Positions 50,963 to 63,950 of a stretch of 64,000 nucleotides of DNA are shown in pieces (position 1 is the first letter of the stretch; each line of letters starts with the position of its first letter). Source of the DNA: Chiloscyllium plagiosum (Eukaryota). The DNA lies in contig NC_057751.1 in assembly GCF_004010195.1 (NCBI RefSeq), forward strand, positions 9,995,457-10,059,456, given 5' to 3'. Under the pieces are notes generated by a model. That model was not told where the DNA came from, searched no databases, and saw only the letters and a program-made list of their open reading frames with translations. The position numbers and the translations under genes were made by a program.

Positions 50963-51064
50963 CCGTCCTGAAAAAGACCCCTTTTCCCCAAATCTCTGCC
51001 TTTTGCCAGTCAACCAATCCTCTATCCATGGGAAAAAGTGAGGATTGCAGATGCTGGAGAGTCA

Positions 51065-51230
51065 GAATTGCAACATTTAAGAGGCATTTGTATGGGTATA
51101 TGAATAGGGAGGGTTTGGAGGGATATGGGTCGGGTGCTGGCAGGTGGGACTAGATTGGGTTGGGATATCTGGTCGGCATGGACGGGTTGGACCGAAGGGT
51201 CTGTTTCCATGTTGTACATCTCTATGACTA
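51065..51230 (+). mobile_element. CR1-type 3' end stub, preceded by a reversed Penelope-repeat fragment (~51029-51064)
   Basis: caacatttaagaggcatttg...gaccgaagggtctgtttccatg...ctctatgact. Confidence 0.8.
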
Positions 51231-51871
51231 TGATTATGCCAGACCACTCAAAACATGCTTAATCAGGCAGCCCAGACCATAACTTTGCAATTTGTTACCG
51301 TAAGTGAAAATTACCCAGAATAAGTTAGCTAGGTTGACTACCAGGTTTTAAAACAGACAAAAAATTGTTCACAAAATTACACAATGAAACACAAATAACA
51401 GAATAAAGAACACCAACAGAACTCAGTCTATCCAAACTAGAGTTAATTATGCTATTTCGAATATACACAACCGTCCCAATAGTCAATCCCCTCCCCCCCC
51501 CCTTAAACAAACAGTAAAAATGGAACAAATGCCTACAGGTTGAAGTTAGAAGGACAGAAGGAAAGAGACAGAGCCTGTTTCCACACAGCCCACTGTTGAA
51601 CTCCTAACTAGTTCTGGACTGAACTGCTCAGCCAGAGAGCTGCCCACTCCCCTTTCATTATACAGGTCACTTCTAAAACATGATGACTTTGGCCTGAAGT
51701 CTCATCTGTTTACATATCAACAAAAAGGCCTCTCAGTACCCTTTAATCTCTGTACCAAACAAGTCTAATTGAAACTGGGAGCTGTTTACGACCCCTCTGA
51801 AAAAAGCCAAGGACACAGTGTCCTTGAGAAAAGGAACAGCTTTTAGAAAAAAGGGGACCGGCTTTGTGACA
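51231..51871 (-). mobile_element. Probable solo LTR (~640 bp)
   Basis: TG...CA termini (tgtcacaaagcc on minus); shares tgta(t/c)aatgaaaggggagtgg with ~59280-59560; no ORF. TSD not identified. Confidence 0.5.
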
Positions 51872-53769
51872 GTACTTCCAAATACTCTGCAATTTTATCC
51901 TGAATAATGGACTGTAAAGTCTTGGCAATGATTGTGGTAAGGCTAACTGGCCAATAGTTTTCTACTTTCTGCCTCCCTCCTGTCTGAACCAGAGGTGTGA
52001 CATTAGCCATTTTCCAGTCCTCTGGGACCCTCCCTCACTCTAGTGATTCCTGAAGGATCATTACCAATGCCTTCACAATCTCTTCAGCTCTCTCCTTCAA
52101 AACTCTGGGGTGTGGTTCATCTGGTCTGGGTGATTTATCCAACTTCAGACTTTTCAGCTTACCCTGCACCTTGATCTGAGTGATGACCACGACAATCACC
52201 TCTTCTTCCTGACTCACTTGAAGTTCTGGAATATTGCTGGTGTCTTCCACTGTGAAACTTTTGCAAAGTAGCTATTCAGTTCCTCTGCCATTTATTTGTT
52301 CCCTATTGCTACTTCTCAGGCTTCATTTTCCAGTCGTCAGTGTCCACTCTTGCCTCTCTCTTACCTTTTATATATTTAGCAAACTTTTACTATCTGGCTT
52401 ACTGTCATAATTCATCTTCTTGATTAAGATGCTTTTTTAGTTCTTTGTTTTTTTTTTACAAGCTTCCTAATTCTCCAGCTTTCACTAATCTTCGCCACAT
52501 TGTATGCTTTTTCTTTTGTTTTTCTGCTGTCTCTGACTCCCCTTGTCAGCCATGGTTGCCCTGTCCTCTCCTTGGTATGATCTTTCTTCCTTGGGATAAC
52601 AGGACTCTCAACCCAGAGCAATGTGAATGATTTTAAGCTGCTATCTAGGCAGTTAGGGCTGGGCTACAAATGATGGTCCAGCTAATGATGCCCTCATTCC
52701 ATGACCAAATTTTTAAAATTGCAGAGCTGAAAAGGATTGCAGAAGTTAATGTATCGCATCATTAAGGTTTCTGAATGCCAACATGGCACCTATAAGAAAA
52801 TCATCTAAACCAGCTGATGCATTGTTGCTCCAGGATGACTGACTATAATTCACTCGCTGAATTGATTTGAGTGGTGTCATGTTTTTCTCTTCAGAGAATG
52901 AAAGAAGCTATGAGCAACATTTTTTGAAAATATTATTAATCCTGGAGATATATGTGTCTCCAGGTAAGCCAGCATTCTATTGGTTATCCTTAGTTTTCTG
53001 TTTCTTGCATGATGAAAGATGTTTGGTACCGTGTTCCAGAATTTTGTTTCAGTGACTGCAGAGATAGTGATCAATGCCCAAGTGAGAATGCTGTGTAACT
53101 TGGAGGAGAACCTGAAAACAATCATGCTTCCATGCATCAGTTACTGTTGTCCTTCAATGTTGTGGAGTTGTGATTTTGCAAGGTGCTGCCAATGAAGCTT
53201 TGGTGATATTGACGCCTATGGCTGAAACTACCTTCCCCAAATGCACTACGCTTGTGACAGAGGGAATGCATATTTATGCCAATAGATAGGATGCTGCAGA
53301 ACAAAACAGTTTTGTTCTGGACATTGGAGAGCTGCTGAGTGTTGTGTGACTGCAACCTACTGTAGTGAAATTGTAGGATGAGGAAGTGAGCCACTTTTCC
53401 ACAGAATACCAAGCTTGCCTGCCAAAGGAACTTTGATATTGATATGGCAGGTTCAGTTGAACTTTTAGTCAGTTGTAATCCAAGATGTTGTTACAAAGGA
53501 TTTAGACTCACTTTTGATAGAGATGACCATTGTTTGGTACTTGTGCGGTGTGAGTGCGACTTGCCACTAATCAGTCCAAGCCTGGTTGCTGTCTGGATGT
53601 TGTTGCATGCTGGCACCAACTACTTCAGTCTCTTATTTAGTCCTTGGGATGTGGGCTTCACTGGCTGGAATAATATTTATTGCTGATCCCTAAGTGCCCT
53701 TGCGAAGATGATGATTAGCTGCATTTCGAAACTGCTGCAGTCCATTTGGTGTGCATAGACCCCTTATGA

Positions 53770-54850
53770 TCATAGACATCAGAGCAGAAATAGGCCATTC
53801 CATTCAACAGGATCAGGGCTGATCTGAACTTCCCCGTTAAACTTAATTCCAATAAGGATTACAAAGGTGTCTAACTCAACTTTGAACTTGCTCAACAACT
53901 CTGCCTCATCAGCTCTCTGTCTGAAAGAATTCCTCAGATTTACTCCCCTCTGAGGAAATAATGACTGCGCATCCACTCTGTTCCCTGTGAATACTCACAT
54001 GTGTTGACTGTTGAACTGTCAGTGGGGAGGAGGTTGGGAAAAGACAGGTCAGGGCTGGAGTGTGGTTGGAGGGTGAGATGTGGAAGAGATCGGGCAGGCT
54101 GGAAGAATAAGTAGGAAGAAGCCAATAAAGAGATTATTTTGGGGGAGGGGGAGAGGAGGTTGGGCTGGGGGTGGTGGGCAGTAAGAGATTGGGCCAGGGG
54201 AGATGGGGGAAAGAAATTAGGCCAGAAGAAATAGGGCAAAAAGACCGGGCTGGAGGAGGGGGTGGTGAGTGATAGTGCTGGGGGAGGGAGATGATGGTGT
54301 AGGTGAAAGAATAGTTGGGGACATTAGAAGAACAGGGCAGAAAGGAAGAACAGGTTGTGGAGAGGAGCAAACCCCACTCATTCTCCCGCTCCCCAACCAA
54401 TTCTCTCCATACTGTTTCCGACACAATCTTCTTGTATCCTTCCCAGCCCAATCTCTTACCCTCTCCACAGGACTGAGTGTTTCCCCCACCCACTTCAGTC
54501 TCTTTACCCCTTTACCCCCTCATTCCAACCTCATCCATTTGCTCTCCTTCCCCTCACACCTGTCCATTCTTTCTTCCGCCCAGCCTTGTGTGTTCTTTCT
54601 CCTCCCCCCGCCCTGTTCGTTCTCTCTTCTTCCCTTAGACCCATCTATCTATCTCCCTCCACAGCACTGTCAATTCTTTCTCCCCCAAGAACTGTCTATT
54701 CTCTCCCACAAGACAAAACAATTTATCCATATCTAACCTGTAAGAATCCATATGTTTCAATAAGGTCACCTCTTATTCTTCAAAACATCAATCAGTAAAA
54801 TCCCAACCTATTTTACCTCTTCCCATAAGAAGATACCTCCATGCCCAGGA
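53770..54850 (-). mobile_element. Old CR1 3' region split by a 700-bp purine/pyrimidine insert
   Basis: NLRNSFRQRADEAELLSKFKVELDTF at 53779-53976; CR1 resumes at ~54710. Confidence 0.6.
54005..54700. repeat. Head-to-head purine-rich / pyrimidine-rich low-complexity tract
   Basis: G/A-rich 54005-54370, C/T-rich 54371-54700; GTAAGAGATTGGGC (54181-54194) recurs inverted at 54446-54459. Confidence 0.65.
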
Positions 54851-55305
54851 TTTACGAGAATATTACCAAGATTGAAATGTTTAAGCTATTAGGAGAGGTG
54901 AACACGCTACGACTTTTTCCCTAAATCATCGGGGCCTCATGGTGATCTTTTGAGGTTTATAAAATCATGAGGAACAAAGATAAGATGAATTGCCAGGGTC
55001 TTTCCCCCTAGTAAGGCAGTTCAAAATGAGAGGGCATAAGGTGAGCGAGAGAAGGATTTAAAAGTGACCTGAGCGGCAACGTTTTCACACAGAGGATGGT
55101 GCACACATGGAAAGAGCTGCCGGAGGAAGTGGTGTGAACGGATAAAATCACAACATTTAAAATGCATTTGGACAGGTACATGGATAGGAAAGGTTTAGAG
55201 GGATAGGGGACAAATGCAAGCAAATGGGACTAATTCAGTTCAGAAAACCTGTTCAGCATGGACTAAATGAGCCAAAACGCCTGTTTCCATGCTGTATGAC
55301 TCTAA
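54850..55305 (+). mobile_element. CR1-type 3' fragment
   Basis: gaggtttataaaatcatgagg...ttttcacacagagg...cctgtttccatgctgtatgactcta. Confidence 0.8.
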
Positions 55306-55419
55306 GCCCATGACCATTCTCTTGGCTGTCTGCAATGCTATTAGTTCATTTCTTATTTAAGGGGACTGCTCGTGTCATTCTCATAGCTTGGCTCCCCACC
55401 TCTTCTTGTATCATCTGAA

Positions 55420-58400
55420 AACTTGGGACTATCACACTGATATCTGTCACTATACAAATTCTAAGTAATTGTAGCCTTGGCACTGATCCTTGTGAGACTC
55501 CAGAAGTTACAGGTTTCCATTTCTGAAAATGCGCTCTGTATCCTAACTACTAGTCTTCTATTACTTAACCAATCCTCCATTCATTTTCATTTATTATCAC
55601 CAAAAGCATTGGTTCTTATCTTATTAAGTAGCCTTGAGTGTGGTGCCTTGCTCATACCTTTTGAAAATCTGAATATATTATATTGCCTCATTTCCACTTC
55701 CTGATTAACCCCATCTTGCCTTCTCAATTAATCCCGATAAATTTGTCAGGCCTGATTTCTTCTCCATGAATCCGGAGAGTCATGGAGTCATACAGTATGA
55801 AAACAGACCCTTCAGTCCAAGTAGTCCATAACCGATCATGTTCCAACCAAATTAGTCCCATTTGCCTGCATTTGGCCCATATTTCTCCATATCCCTATTC
55901 ATGTACTTGTCCAAATGTCTTTTAAATGTTATCACTGTATCTGCATCCACCATGTCCTCTGACAGTTCATTTCACAAACCATTTTCTGTGTAAAATAGTT
56001 GCCCCTCATGTCCTTTTTAAAACTTCCTTCTCTCACCTTAAAAATATGGCCCCGAGTTTTGAACTCCCCCATCCAAGGTAAAATACCCTTGCAATTCACT
56101 TTTTCTATACATCTCATGATTCTATAAACCCTTATAAGGTCACACCTCCGCCTCCTAATCTCCTGTGAAAAAAGTCACAGCCTACCCAACCTCTCCTTCT
56201 GACTCAGATACTCTCATCCCAGTAACAACCTGGTCAATCTTTTCTGAACCCTCTCCAGTTTAATATATAACAGGGCAACCAGAACTACACACAGTATTCC
56301 ATAAGAGGCCTCACCAACATCCTGTATAACCTCAATGTGACATCCCATCTATTATACTGAAAGGTCTGAGCAATGAAGGCAAGCATCCTAAACGCGTTCT
56401 TAACCACCCTGTCTCCCTATGAGGCAAATTTCAAAGAACTGTGTACCTGAACCCCTAGGTCTCTTTCTTCTACAACACTACCCTTGTTTGTTTTACCAAA
56501 ATGCAATATTTTGCACTTACCCAAATTCAACTCCGTCTGCCATTCCTCAGCCCATGACGCAATTCATCAAGATCTCTTTGTAATGTTAGATAACCTTCTT
56601 CACTGTCCACAATACTACCAATTTTGATGTCATGTGCAACGTGACTAACCATGCATCCTATATTCTCCTCCAAATCATTTATATAAATGATAAACAAAAA
56701 TGGACCCAGTATTAATCTCTGTGGAACACCGCTGGTCACAAGCCTCCAATCCAAAACATGACCTTCCCCACCACTCTCTGAGTGCTGCCATTAAGCCAAA
56801 TTTGCATCCAATTGGCAAGCTTACCCTAAATCCCATATGATCCAACTTTACCAATTAGACTACCATGCAGAATCTTGTCAAAGTCAATGTAAACAACGTC
56901 CACCGCTCTCCTCTTATCAATCTTTTTGGTTCCTTCCTCAAAAAACTAAATGAGGTTTGTCATATACAATTTCCCTTGCACAAACATGCTGACTATCCTT
57001 AACTAGTTCTTGCCACTCCAAATGCACGTAAGTCCTATCTTTCAGAATGACCCACATCAACTTACCCGCTACCAATATCAGGCTTCCATGTCTGTGGTTC
57101 CCAGGCTTCAACTTACAGCCTTTCTGTAATAAAGGAACAACATAACTACCTTCAGGCACCAAATCCATGTTTAAAGATGATACAAATATTTCTGCTTGGA
57201 ACCCTGCAACTTCCCTAACTCCCTCCAGCGTCCTGGGATACACTTGATCAGGTCCCTGAGATTCATCTTTGTGTTTTCTAAGACTTCCAGCACTCCTCTG
57301 TGATGTGAACTGTTTTCAGAACATCACTATTTATTTCCCTGAGTAGCCTGAGTAGTCTGCATTTCTTTCTCCAAAGTAAAAATTAATGCAAAATATTCAT
57401 TTAGTATGTCTCCCATGTCCTGTTATCACATTTTGAAAGCTCCCACTTGTCAGTCATCCTTTTGCCTGCAAACAGTTTAGTCCAATCAATTTTGAAAGTT
57501 CTTGTCTCATAAACATGTGCCTTACTCCAAATAAAACTTTAACTTTTATCGAAGGTTTATCCTTTCCATAACTATTTTTAAAAATAATTGAATTATGATC
57601 ACTAGTCCCAAAGTATTCCCGTACTAACACTTAAGTCACTCAGAGTCATAGAAATGTACAACATGGAAACAGACCCTTCGGTCTGACTCGTCTATGCCAA
57701 TTAGATATCCTAAATTAATCTAGTTGCATTTGCCAGCACTTGGTCTACATCCCTCTAAACGCTTCCTAATCATGTACCCATAGAGATCTCTTTTAAATAT
57801 TGTCATTGTACCAGCCTTCAGCACTTTCATGCACTCACCAGCCTTTGCATGAAAAGTTGCTCCTTAGGTCCCTTTTAAATCTTTCCCCTCTTGCCCTAAA
57901 CTTACACCCTCTAGTTCTGACCTCCCCCAACCCAGGGAAAAGGCCTTGTCTATTCACCCTATCCATGTCCCTCATGATTTTATAAACCTCTATAAGATCA
58001 CCCCTTAGCTCCGATGCTCCAGGGAAAACAGCCCCAGCCTATTCAGCCTCTGTCTAGAGCTCAAACCCTCCAACCCTGGCAATATCCTTGTAAATTCTTT
58101 CTGAACCCTTTCAAGTTTCTCAACATTCTTCCTGTAGGAGGAAGTCCAGAATTGCTCTTATTTCCCAAGAAAAGATAAAGTTTTGCTTTCGAGTTGGTAC
58201 ATTTATAATTTATAAAGAAAATTTTTGAACACATTTAACAAATTCCTCACCATCCAAGCCTTCAACATTGTGGCAATCCGAGTCAATGTTTGGAAAATTA
58301 AAATCTGTGACCATTATAACTCTATGGTTCTTACATATATCGGATATCTCTCTAACATATTTGCTCTTCAGTTTCCCTCTGATGATTAGGGGGCCTATGG

Positions 58401-59270
58401 TGCAATTCTATCAAGGTGATCATCCCTTTCATATTTCTAATTTCTACTCAGAACAGTTTCATTGGACGATCCCTCAGAAATATCCTGTCTAAGTACAGTG
58501 GGAATGCCTTTCTCCTGTCTTGCCTCCCTTCCTGTCTTCCTCCATTTCTATCCTTCCTTCAACATATAGAACCCAGAATATTGAGCTGCCTGTCCTATCC
58601 TTCCCTCAAGAGAAAGTAAGGACTGCAGATGTTGGAGATCAGAGTCAAAAACTGTGGTGCTGGAAAAGCACAGCAGGTCAGGCAGCATCCGAAGAACAGG
58701 AGAATTGACATTTCGAGCATAGGTTCTCCATCAGGAGCCACATTCCTGATGAAGAGCTTATGCTCAAAATGTCGACTCTCCTGCCCCTCAGATGCTGCCT
58801 GACCTGCTGTGCTTTTTCACCCTCATACGTTTTGACTCTGTACTTCCCTCAGCCAAGTTTCTGTAATAGCTATGATGTGCCAGTCCTAAATCCCCATACA
58901 CACCCTGAGTTTGTCAGCCTTAATTGTACAACCTCTTATATTGAAATAAATGCACTTTAATTCTTCACAGTTACCTTGTTCTCTGTCTTGCTGTTGTCTG
59001 CCTTTTCAAATTAACTTGCTCTTTTCTGATTCAAAACTATCCTCATCTGTCTTTCTGTTTTTAATGCAACTTAGGAACCCCACGCCTCTGCCCTCTACTA
59101 GTTTAAAGGCTCCTGAAATAGATCTAGCAAATCTCCCCAAGAAGATATTGGTCCCATTCCATCCCTTTTGACCTGTATTTTCTGCCCCAAAAGAGATCCC
59201 AATGATCCAAAATTCTAAATCCTTGCACGTTAGACCATCCCTTCAGCCACTGATTTATCTGTGATGATGC
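55420..59270 (-). mobile_element. Nested CR1-type LINEs (long copy ~55775-59270, nested copy ~57642-58155, older piece ~55420-55775)
   Basis: VTSGVPQRLILGPFLFIIYINDL, YPRTLEGVRE, INQWLKGWSNVQGFRILDHWDLFWG (ORF1 esterase-like end). Confidence 0.85.
58609..58842. mobile_element. Inverted (head-to-head) pair of Penelope terminal repeats
   Basis: Arms ~58640-58736 and 58744-58840 are reverse complements; TSD CTTCCCTCA at 58600-58608 and 58843-58851. Confidence 0.85.
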
Positions 59271-61099
59271 TGCTCCTTTGACAGGGTTATACTGACCTCG
59301 GCTATTTTTTTCAGAGAGTTTGTCAAAGACATACTCCGAAAAGTCTGGGGTTGAAGGCAATTAGATTATAGCCTTCAGATACTGCCTCAGGCAAAAAGCT
59401 TTTAAGTTCTAAAAATTACTTGTACAATGAAAGGGGAGTGGCCACTTCTCCTTGCTCAGTTTTTCTCTGGTCTGTCTATTCACTGAAAGCAGTCAGGCAG
59501 TTGTAAAAGCTGCTGGATCTAAAGAAGCAGGGTCTGTTTCCATACTGCACATCTCTATCTGACTAATCCTGCTGTATAACCACCTCTCTAAATCTACTGG
59601 CCATAACACACTGTGTCTCTTGAATATGCCCTCAGTGACATTAAATCTAAAAAGAAATTCTTCGAATCACATTATATATTTTTTTTTAAAACCCTTCTTA
59701 ACTGACAGATTTTAATCTGAAGATTGCAAAATATGAAAAAAAATCAAACATTTAAAATCATTTAAAAAATAAAGCACTTGGTTGAATCTCTTGACAACTG
59801 AAAAAAGCCCCGTCCTCAAGTCATATTGACTCTGCTTGATTATATAATGTACTTCTGATTGCATGCTGACTTACATGCATTCTAAAGTACATCCTTTATC
59901 ATGGATAGTGATTGCATTGGTTTATAACTTGGAGGTGATAGCTTTCCTACGTACCTGCTGCCCTTGTCCTTCTTGAATGTTAGCGGTTATGGATTTGAAT
60001 GGTACTGTCGAAGGAACTTTGATGAATTTTCATGGTGCATTTGAGGATGGTACGCACAACTATACTGAGTGTTGGTGGTGGAGAGAATAGATGCTTGTGG
60101 ATGTGGATGTGGTTGTGGTGCCAATCATACAGACTGTTTTGCCCTGGATGGTGTCAAGCTTCTTGAGCATTGTCTGACATAAGACTTTTCCAGGCAAGTT
60201 GGGAGTATTACATCATACTTCCGACCTGTGTCTTTTAGATGATGGATTCAAAGGAACCTTCTGTCAAAGGTGGGGATCTTCAGTACAACTCCTCCCAACT
60301 GTGTGCCATTGTGCTGCCACCTTTGCTGGGTCTGATGCTGGTCCAACAGAGCATACCCAAGAGTGGTGATGGTGATGTGTGGGACATTCCTGACATGGTT
60401 CCATGAGTATGACTATATCAGGCTGTTACTTGCCTAGTCTAGGACACAGTTCTCCCAATATTGACACTGGCCCCCAGATGTTGCATCAGGAGGTCAGTGC
60501 AGGCTTGTTAGGGGTGAGTTGCTGTTGTCATTTCCAGTGCATAGGTGAATGCTAGCTCATCCATCTGGTTTCATTCTTTTCAGATTTTTATTTAGCAGTT
60601 TGGTACAACTGAGTTTTTTGCTCAGCCATGTCAGAAGACTGTTAAGAGCCAACCACATTTTTGAAAGGCTGATGATACACATAGGCCAGACCAGCAAAGG
60701 ATGGCAGATTTCCTTATCTCTGTGAAGCAATTTTGCAAACAAATTTTGGTCATTTGCCACCCAGTTTGGATTTTTATGGCTTTGTTTCATGATCATTATT
60801 TCACTTCTATCCTAAATCTCTTCAGTTACAAAAACTTTGAAAGATGGAAAGTTTTGCAAACTGACTCACAATCGTATAAATGTGATCCATCATTTCTGAC
60901 ATAAGACTTTTTAGAAAAGCTTTCAGTCTGTTTCCAATCAAAATATGTATTTGTAAGCAAAGGTTTTAATTCTTAAAAAAATTATGTATTTTGTGAAGGT
61001 TGTGAGGAATATAGATTCCACCCTCATCTCAGAGAAACTTTCAATAATTTTAAATGTATACAAATCTCAAATACTGAACAATGGAACACAGGAGCTTTC

Positions 61100-61825
61100 A
61101 AATCTTCACATTGGTACCAATGACAAAAGTGGAAAGAGGGATGAGATCCTGCAATAAGAATTTCAGGCGCTAGGTGGCAGAATGAAAAGCAGGACCTTGA
61201 GGATTGTACTTTCTGGGTCACTCAGATGCTGGTGAGAATAGGAATAGGCAGATAGAACAGGTGACTATGTGGCTGAAGAACTGATGCAGGAAGAAGGACT
61301 TTACATTTCTGGCTCACTGGATCAGTTTGTGCAAAGGTGGGATCTGTACAGGTTCAACAGGTTGCACCTAGGCTAGAATGAGGCCAAACTCCTTGGGGGG
61401 GTTATTGAGGAGGTGGTATTTGTAAGTGCTGTTGGTGAAGTTTTAAACTAATTTGGCAGGAGGAGGGTACACCAAATAGAGGTATAATACAGTGTGACGT
61501 ACAGCCAAATCAATCGGGAAAGCAGAGTGTCAATTGTCAAGTTAAGGCACAAGGAAGCACAGAATGGCTGGACGGCAATCATTTCAATGGAAGGAGTCTA
61601 GCAAGTAAGGCAGATGAGTTGAAGTTCTGATTAACACATGGAGACATTGTTGCAATCACAGAGATACAGTTGAGGGAGGCACAGAACTGGTAGCTCAATA
61701 TTCTGGCATACGGAACCTTCAGGTGAGACAGGAAGGGTTGGAAAAGACAAACTGATGTCGTAATATTGTTCAAGGAGTCAATGACGGAAATGAGGAAGCA
61801 TGATATCTTAAATGGCTCCATGCTA
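61100..61825 (+). mobile_element. Old CR1-type fragment (ORF1 end / EN start)
   Basis: Similar to 21960-22440 (cacattggtaccaatgac, gtggctgaagaactgatgcagg, gttgcaatcacagagatac). Confidence 0.65.
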
Positions 61826-62689
61826 TAAACTTGGTGGTTCTGTGATTCCTTATATGTCTGACAAAACAATCTGATGCTTTTATGATATTGGCTGACGGAT
61901 GAAGTTGGAACTCTTTGCTATTCAGGCTTGACAGAATTACTATGTTCCTTTTGCTTGAACAGTGCCATTGTTATATTTAATTTCAGCAGACATTTCAGCT
62001 TTGATTTAATTTATTATGCAAAAGAATGACACCAACAATTATGCAACACTCCCTGCATTGTGAATATATCCTTGGGCATCTCCAATAAGCTAAAGAAACA
62101 AAGGTTAGGACCGGCAATTGAGATGCTTGGCTGAAAAGCTGGATTTTAAGCAAAGTCTTCAAGATAGAATTGACATCATGTCACAAATCCAATCCCTTTT
62201 TGGAGCATTCCTTGGATGGGTTTGGCCACAAGGCTTTCCATGGAGATAAGACAGCAATGACTGGGTCTGCATTTTTTGTGCAGCACTCTGTTCCACCTGC
62301 CTCTTCAGCATGACCTCTACATCATCATCTTCATTGACAGTCACCTCACTGACGGGGTAGCCTCTTTACTGGCCTTAGGAATCTCGTCTTTCTGCATGAT
62401 TTGGATGGTTTGATCTGTGCCGTGATCCCGACGTCTGTGGATGCTCCATTGTTGACCATATTTCAAGTTAGAATGCACAGCTTTTTGGTCTCTCATGGAA
62501 TCAGAGTATACATGGATGAGCAGCAGAGAACTGGTGTTAAAGTCATGATCATATTGAAGAACAGATTAGGTTCATCAGGTGAAATGGCCCACGCCTCCTC
62601 TCTCTCTTGTCTTTTTGCTATTTATCTGAACAAGTTTGTGTCACCATCCTCCTCCTTCTGACATATTCAGACTTTCAGAAAATGTTACA

Positions 62690-63950
62690 ACATTGACAAT
62701 ATTTCTTAATGTCTTGGATGAGGAATGTGAATGCACGATAGCCAAGTATGCAGATAACACAAAAATAAGTGGGAAGTCAAGTGTTTGAGATGACATAAAA
62801 AGTCTGTAGTGGATAGATTAAGTGAGTGGGCAAAACTTGCCAGATGCAATGTAATTTTGGAAAATGTGTTATTTACCCTGACAGGAAGAACAGGAAAGGC
62901 GAATGTTATTTTAAAGGGGCAAGACTGATAGTTCCTTAAAAGTAGACTCGCAGGTATATAGGATAGTGAAGCAGATGTTTGGTATGCTTTCCTTTATTGG
63001 TCAGACCATAGAGCATAGGAGTTGGGAGATAATGTTGCAGCTGTTAGGACATTGGTTCGGCCACTTTTGGAATATTGCGTGCAATTCTGGTCTCCTTCCC
63101 ATTGGAAGAATGTTGTGAAACTTGAAAGGGTTCAGAAAAGATTTACAAGGATGTTGCGAGGATTGGAGGATTTGAGCTATAGGGAGAGGCTGAACAGGCT
63201 GGGGCTGTTTTCCCTGGAGCATCAGAGGCTGAGGGGTGACCTTATTGAGGTTTACAAAATCATGAGGAGCATGAATAGGATAAATAGACAAAGTCTTTTC
63301 CTTGGGGTGGGGGAGTCAAGAGCTAGATAGCATAGGTTTAGGGTGAGGGGGAAAGATATGAAAGGAACTTAAGGGTAAACTTTTTGATGCAGAGGATAGT
63401 GGGTGTATCGAATGAGCTGCCAGAGGAAGTAATGGAGGCTGGTACAGTTACAGCATTTGAAAGGCATCTGTATGGGTTTTGAATAGAAAGGCTTTCAAGG
63501 ATATCGGCCAAATGCTGCCAAATGGAACAAGATTAGGTTTGGATGTCTGGTCAGCGTGGACAAGTTGGAGTAAAGGGTTTGTTTCCATGCTGTACATCTC
63601 CATGACTCTGTAACTTGAATGTGGAAAGATTGTTTCTCTTGTGGGAGAGTGTCAGACCAGAGGACATATTCTCAAAATAAGGGATTGTCCTTAAGGTGGG
63701 ACTGAGGAGGAGGTTCCTCTCTCAGAGGCAGTGAACCTGTGGAATTCAGCCCCAGAAGGCTGAAGAAGCTGGGTTGTTAAATATATTCAAGACTGAGATA
63801 GATAGACTTATAATCAGTCAGGGAATGTTGTGAGGAAGAGGCAGGAAAGTGGAGTTGAGGATTATCAGTTCAGCCATGCTTTGTTTGAATGACGGACCAG
63901 ACTTAATGGGTCAAATGGCCTTCTTCTGCTCCTTTGTCATCTGCTCTTCT
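62690..63950 (+). mobile_element. CR1-type RT/3' region with a nested younger CR1 (~62930-63612)
   Basis: RTLVRPLLEYCVQFWSP..KNVVKLERVQKRFTRML...SLEHQRLRGDLIEVYKIM; two successive 3' tails. Confidence 0.88.

Larger units (their letters stand above)
50215..52580 (-). mobile_element. Decayed CR1-type LINE, multiply interrupted
   Basis: LIRLHLEYCEQF, SGVLQGSMLRP, KSPRPDEPHPRVLKE; same family as 39262-41150. Confidence 0.85.

Noticed and set aside
54134..54798. Several 90-155 aa ORFs
   Set aside because: Low-complexity purine/pyrimidine tract that is depleted of stop codons.
62159..62460. Coding-looking minus-strand stretch (VNEDDDVEVMLKRQ...)
   Set aside because: Stops in all frames and no recognisable motif; cannot be supported without a search.
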